Below, piece by piece: positions 59,210 through 64,000 of a stretch of 64,000 nucleotides of DNA. The stretch covers positions 216,008,001-216,072,000 of the forward strand of contig OZ024740.1 in the NCBI GenBank assembly GCA_964016885.1, in the 5' to 3' direction. The notes under the pieces are model-generated. The model searched no databases and was not told the DNA's origin. It saw only the letters and a program-made list of their open reading frames with translations. This DNA is from Eledone cirrhosa. Taxonomy: Eukaryota. The position numbers and the translations under genes were made by a program. The stretch's first letter is position 1; each line of letters starts with the position of its first letter.

Positions 59210-59880
59210 TTATCACTGCTATATACTACAACAGCAGTTTATATACACCTATACAATACTGCTATATATACCACAACAGTGGTTTTATACACAAAGGTAC
59301 ACTACTGCTATATATACCACAACAGTGGTTTTATATACAAAGGTACAATACTGCTATATACCACAACAGTGGTTTTATACACAAAGGTATAATACAGCTA
59401 TATACCACAACAGTGGTTTTATATACAAAGGTATAATACAGCTATATACCACAACAGTGGTTTTATATACAAAGGTACAATACAGCTATATACCACAACA
59501 GTGGTTTTATATACAAAGGTACAATACAGCTATATACCACAACAGTGGTTTTATATACAAAGGTATAATACAGCTATATACCACAACAGTGGTTTTATAT
59601 ACAAAGTCAATACTGCTATATACCACAGCTGTGGTTTTATGCAAAAAGGTACAATACAGCTATATACTACAGCTGTGGTTTTATACACAAAGACACATCG
59701 CTGCTATATACCACAACTGTAGTTTTATACACAAAGACACATCGCTGCTATATACCACAACTGTGGTTTTATACACAAAGACATATCACTGCTATATACC
59801 ACAACTGTGGTTTTATATAAACATGTTCATCGCTGCTATATAACACGACAGTGGTTTTATACACAAAGCCACAATACACT
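59210..59880. repeat. 44-bp minisatellite
   Basis: Unit ATACCACAACAGTGGTTTTATATACAAAGGTACAATACAGCTAT. Confidence 0.92.
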
Positions 59881-60074
59881 TTCAACCATGACACACAATA
59901 TACTAGTTCGACTTCAGCACCCAAAACCCACAAAACTACACATATACCATATATACTCCTGATATGTCATACCCAGTTATGTTTATAATATTTTGGTCTC
60001 AGCCTTTGAACCATATTTAAGTTGCATGCAGCTTTCTGTAAATACTGTTTGCAACTTGACTTGTTATGGTATTA

Positions 60075-60114
<40 letters not shown>

Positions 60115-60562
60115 GTAATAATAATAACAATGATAATAATAATGCTGAAATAATCCTGAACGTTGTTAATACAGTGAAGCAAAGTTATGGAACCATAGAT
60201 ATCATAGCAATGTTTTTCTATGGTTTCTGCCCAGAACATATTAACCAATGCTTTTAAATTACCACTCCTCATTGACTGGCAATATATACAGCATCTAATA
60301 GGCATTAGGATTACAGCCAGTTTCAGAACTATCTATATATGCTTTGTACATGTGGAAGGTGTGTATATATCTATATATATATATATATATATTCATGAGA
60401 CTGTATTATCACAGGAGTGTTTGTTTTGTAGCAGAATTAAATTCTGCTTAAAGCAGTCATTTGTGTTTTCACACAAAACATCAACATACGTTTACTTACA
60501 ATGTCAATATATATTCATTTAGTCAGAGAAGTTACATGTCTAGTCCACTCTACATACTCTAT

Positions 60563-60612
<50 letters not shown>

Positions 60613-60951
60613 AAATTTCAAGACCAGACCAATGTTCAGCAGATATGTTGCATGCGTTTTGTTTAAGTGAAACACTGCTATTTATGTGGTATATATAGTT
60701 AAGTTTCTAGTTGAGCTAATGTTGAGCTATTTACATGGTATATATAGTTAAGTTTATAGTTGAGCTAATGTTGAGCTATCTACATGATATAAATAATGTT
60801 TCTAGTTGAGCTAATGTCGAGCTTTTTGAGTGATTTCTCAACTATTATCATAGTAAAAACCTATTTTAATAATTGTCATCCTATGTCTTAAAATCTACGG
60901 CTGTAAAACATAAATTACTATATGACCATCTACCATAGTTACTCATGTATA

Positions 60952-61148
60952 CAAGGGTTGGCCGAAAGGCTCATAGGGTGACGAAAATACTCTCATGGAA
61001 TGACCAAATGAGGTATATTTTTCATCATAGTCCCTATAAAGAAATAATGTAGTTATTAATAAGAAAAGTTGAAATGAATGCATGCAAGATTTCAGAGCCT
61101 AGCATCACTCCTTCATACTCAGTCTATGAACTGTTTAGCTGGCCCTCG
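60952..61148. mobile_element. mariner-derived MITE; another end at about 30410-30458
   Basis: TA|CAAGGGTTGGCCGAAAGGCTCATAGG ... TCTATGAACTGTTTAGCTGGCCCTCG|TA. Confidence 0.7.
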
Positions 61149-62010
61149 TATGTGACACCTTTTTCCAAGAAAATACATGAACAACCAGCATATGACTTAT
61201 CTACAAAATCTCAATTCAAAATATATGGGACATTGCTAATGTTGCTTCTAGAGATATGACATATATCAGGATATATGATAATTTTTCAATGGACTAATAT
61301 TAACTTCAGTAAACGGTATGATACATTACTTCATCTCTATGTGATGACTGATGAAAATGGGGGTGGGGGGTGGGGGGTGAGAAACTATAGAAGTCCAGTG
61401 TTCTAAGATTTGTCACATGTGTGTGTTTGTACGTTTGTATCACTTGTGTGAGTGAGCGCAAAGGAACCAACAAACAAACATCTCTTTTTTATATTATAAA
61501 TAGATATTACAATTAGCCATCATTATTGACGGCATGAGGCCAACTAGTATATATAATATATACATATATATATCATCATTTTATGTCTATTTTTCCACGC
61601 TTGCATGGGTTTATACACGCACACACACACACACACATATATATATAAAGAAAAACGATGAAGTTTTGATTACATGTAGTTAATTTTTTATTGTGTATTG
61701 GCGCATTTCGCAGAGGATTGGCTCAAGGTCACTCATGGAAGTTATGAACCCAACTCCATTATCGATCTGCTCTTCAGACTAGCAAGTCAGCAAAAAATAG
61801 TGTTTTTATATACATACACACACACACACAATATATATATATATCGAGACACGGTCACCCGACCAACCTTGCCTCAAGTGAGACAACTCTCGTCTGACCC
61901 ATGCTAGTATGGAAGATGGACGTTAAACGAAGATGATGATGATGATATATATATATATATTCTTTTACTTACATATACACACACACAACCTCTTAGCTTA
62001 ATATGGACAT

Positions 62011-62202
62011 ATAATTGTTTCTACTTTTGGCACAAGGCCAGCAATTACCCAGTGTATTACTGGTACTTTATTGTATCGACCCCGTAAGGAAGAAAGGAAA
62101 AGTTAACCTCGGCGGGATTTGAATTAAGACCATAAAGGGCCGTAACTCTTTGCTGCAAAGCATGGCGTCCGACCCTCTACCGATACTGCCAATCCACTGC
62201 CC
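62011..62202 (-). mobile_element. Meta-like tRNA SINE
   Basis: Full copy with A box and core; B box degenerate. Confidence 0.85.
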
Positions 62203-62479
62203 TTATATGAACATATAATAATACATATGGACATATAATAACACCTGCGCGCATACACATGTGCACACGTATAGCTCTGTATACCAAACGTTTTTTTTTT
62301 CATTTCAAGTAGACACGCTCCATCATCCACTTTTCTAAAAAAGTATATCATACACAAAACGCCAGCATCAACAGTTTTCCAAGAGATGGGAACATGAATG
62401 GAGCAGTTATTTTCCTCTAAAAACATTTTTTCCGATTCTGCCTAGCCCGCCCCTTCAACCTTTCTAATTTTTCATTCTT

Positions 62480-62516
62480 TTTTCTAATGAAGGACTAGCG
62501 TCCGAAACGTTAAGAC
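62480..62516 (+). ncRNA. degenerate minimal hammerhead motif
   Basis: CTAATGAA-GGAC TAGC GTCC-GAAACGTT-AAGA (G>A change in the CUGA core). Confidence 0.45.
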
Positions 62517-62701
62517 CCTCTTCCTTCTATTTCAAGTGTTAACCTAATATATTCCTTCCATATACTGTACCGATTGTGTTGTTATTTCTGTTTACCTTTT
62601 ACATATATATATATATATATAACAAAAAAAGTGTGGTAAGAAACCAGGTGGACTATAACGCACCAAAGTACTCAATACTTAGGGTAGGAGAGTGGGTAAT
62701 A

Positions 62702-62773
62702 GGCTGAGCTCCGGCCGTTTCGACAGCTAGATCCGTGTTCAGATCTAGCTGTCGAAAAAGCTGGAGCTCAGCC
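62702..62773. repeat. GC-rich ~30-bp-stem hairpin
   Basis: GGCTGAGCTCCGGC-CG-TTTCGACAGCTAGATC / GATCTAGCTGTCGAAA-AA-GCTGGAGCTCAGCC. Confidence 0.85.
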
Positions 62774-62801
62774 GTTGGGGTCCTGACTCTTTTCCTATAT
62801 G

Positions 62802-62853
<52 letters not shown>

Positions 62854-63479
62854 CTATCAATAAAAACATATATCAGTTGTGTTTTACTTCAGTTTTCTGG
62901 TACCACAAAATATCCAGCTCACACTGTAAAGTGATCGTGTAAGTGTCATGACAAAAAGCACCCAACACACACTGTAAATGTGGTTGGCGTTAGGAAGGAC
63001 ATTAATCGATGATGATGATGATGTAACTACCCCATTCCTCAATAACTTTACTAACTGGATGGTTATGTCAATGTCTAAGTTCATTCATTTCACATTCTGA
63101 GATCTTCTCAATTACTTTCCTGTTTCTCTCTGACTCCTCTTCATTTTGATTTTGGTTTTGGTTTTATTTATTCAATATTGTATGTGTGTGTGTATGTATG
63201 TGTGTATATATGTGTGTATATGTATACATGTGTATGTGCATGCTTGTGTATATGTATGTGTATATGTATGTGTATGTGTGTGCATGTGTATATGTGTGTT
63301 TGTCTCTGTGTATGTATATGTGTGCCTGTGTATATGTATATGTGTTTGTCTGTGTGCATGAGCATATGCATATGTCTGTATGTATGTATGCTGGAGATCT
63401 CTCTGCACTTGTCACATGTTGCTTTATATCTGGAGATCTCTCTGCATTTGTCGTCACATGGTACCATGGGCCCAGCACT

Positions 63480-63646
63480 ATGTGTCAATAATTGTCACAA
63501 GTGTAGTGTTTGTACCAGAATTTTCAAGTTGCTGGCTGGACTAAAAAGTCACACTCGTTCAGCGAGTATGGGGTTCTCAGGTGGGGTTCTCTTACATGGA
63601 TATAAAGTAGTGGCCGTACTCGAAAATGAGTTGGCAGCCACCACCA
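63480..63646 (+). mobile_element. RTE-like LINE extreme 3' end with C2H2 finger
   Basis: HKCSVCTRIFKLLAGLKSHTRS, then GTGGCCGTACTCGAAAATGAG tail hairpin and (TATG)n. Confidence 0.6.
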
Positions 63647-64000
63647 TGTATGTATGTATGTATGTATGTATGTATGTATGTATATGTATATGTGTATGTC
63701 TTCCTAATGACACTAGTTGAGCATCTCGTGACATTTGTTTATGTCATGCATAAACAATATGTCTCGCAGCTCAGTGGAATAAGAACCAGACTTTAAAAAA
63801 ACCAAGTCAGGCTATCTGCTCATAGAATGCTGCCTAAATAAGAAAGTGGCTAAACCCCATTCATACCAGCATGAGAGAATTCATGTAAAAACGATGATGA
63901 AGATGAATGTGTCTGTGTGTGTGTCTGAATGTTTTATTGAGTACTAAAGATTTAAAAAGATTACATTTCTATTTTATTTCTGTATATGGAGTGCTAATTA

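Noticed and set aside
63500-63565. C2H2 zinc finger as part of a host ZNF gene
   Set aside because: Single finger followed by a LINE-like tail and microsatellite; no TGEKP linker array

Overview
AT-rich, microsatellite-saturated animal DNA. The SINE/RTE/Penelope repertoire and (TA)n load look like a coleoid cephalopod, probably Octopus (inference, not database-checked). The only confidently recognised host coding sequence is one internal minus-strand exon of SAMTOR/BMT2 (31845-32184), so most of the window is probably its introns. A few weaker exon candidates exist, including a CaaX-ending one. The rest is mobile DNA and repeats: a decayed Chapaev3-like (CMC) DNA transposon with TIRs, a complete non-autonomous Helitron, a mariner remnant, several MITEs, RTE and CRE-like LINE fragments, CORE-type and Meta-like tRNA SINEs, and many minisatellites, two of which visibly derive from SINE tails. 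Most interesting are short fold-back elements inside (TA)n tracts carrying minimal hammerhead-ribozyme motifs, including an intact pair on opposite strands at 55011-55236, plus a palindrome with a non-inverted TTAA-bounded cassette. Almost all long ORFs in the track are repeat artefacts. No CRISPR array, rRNA or true tRNA was seen.
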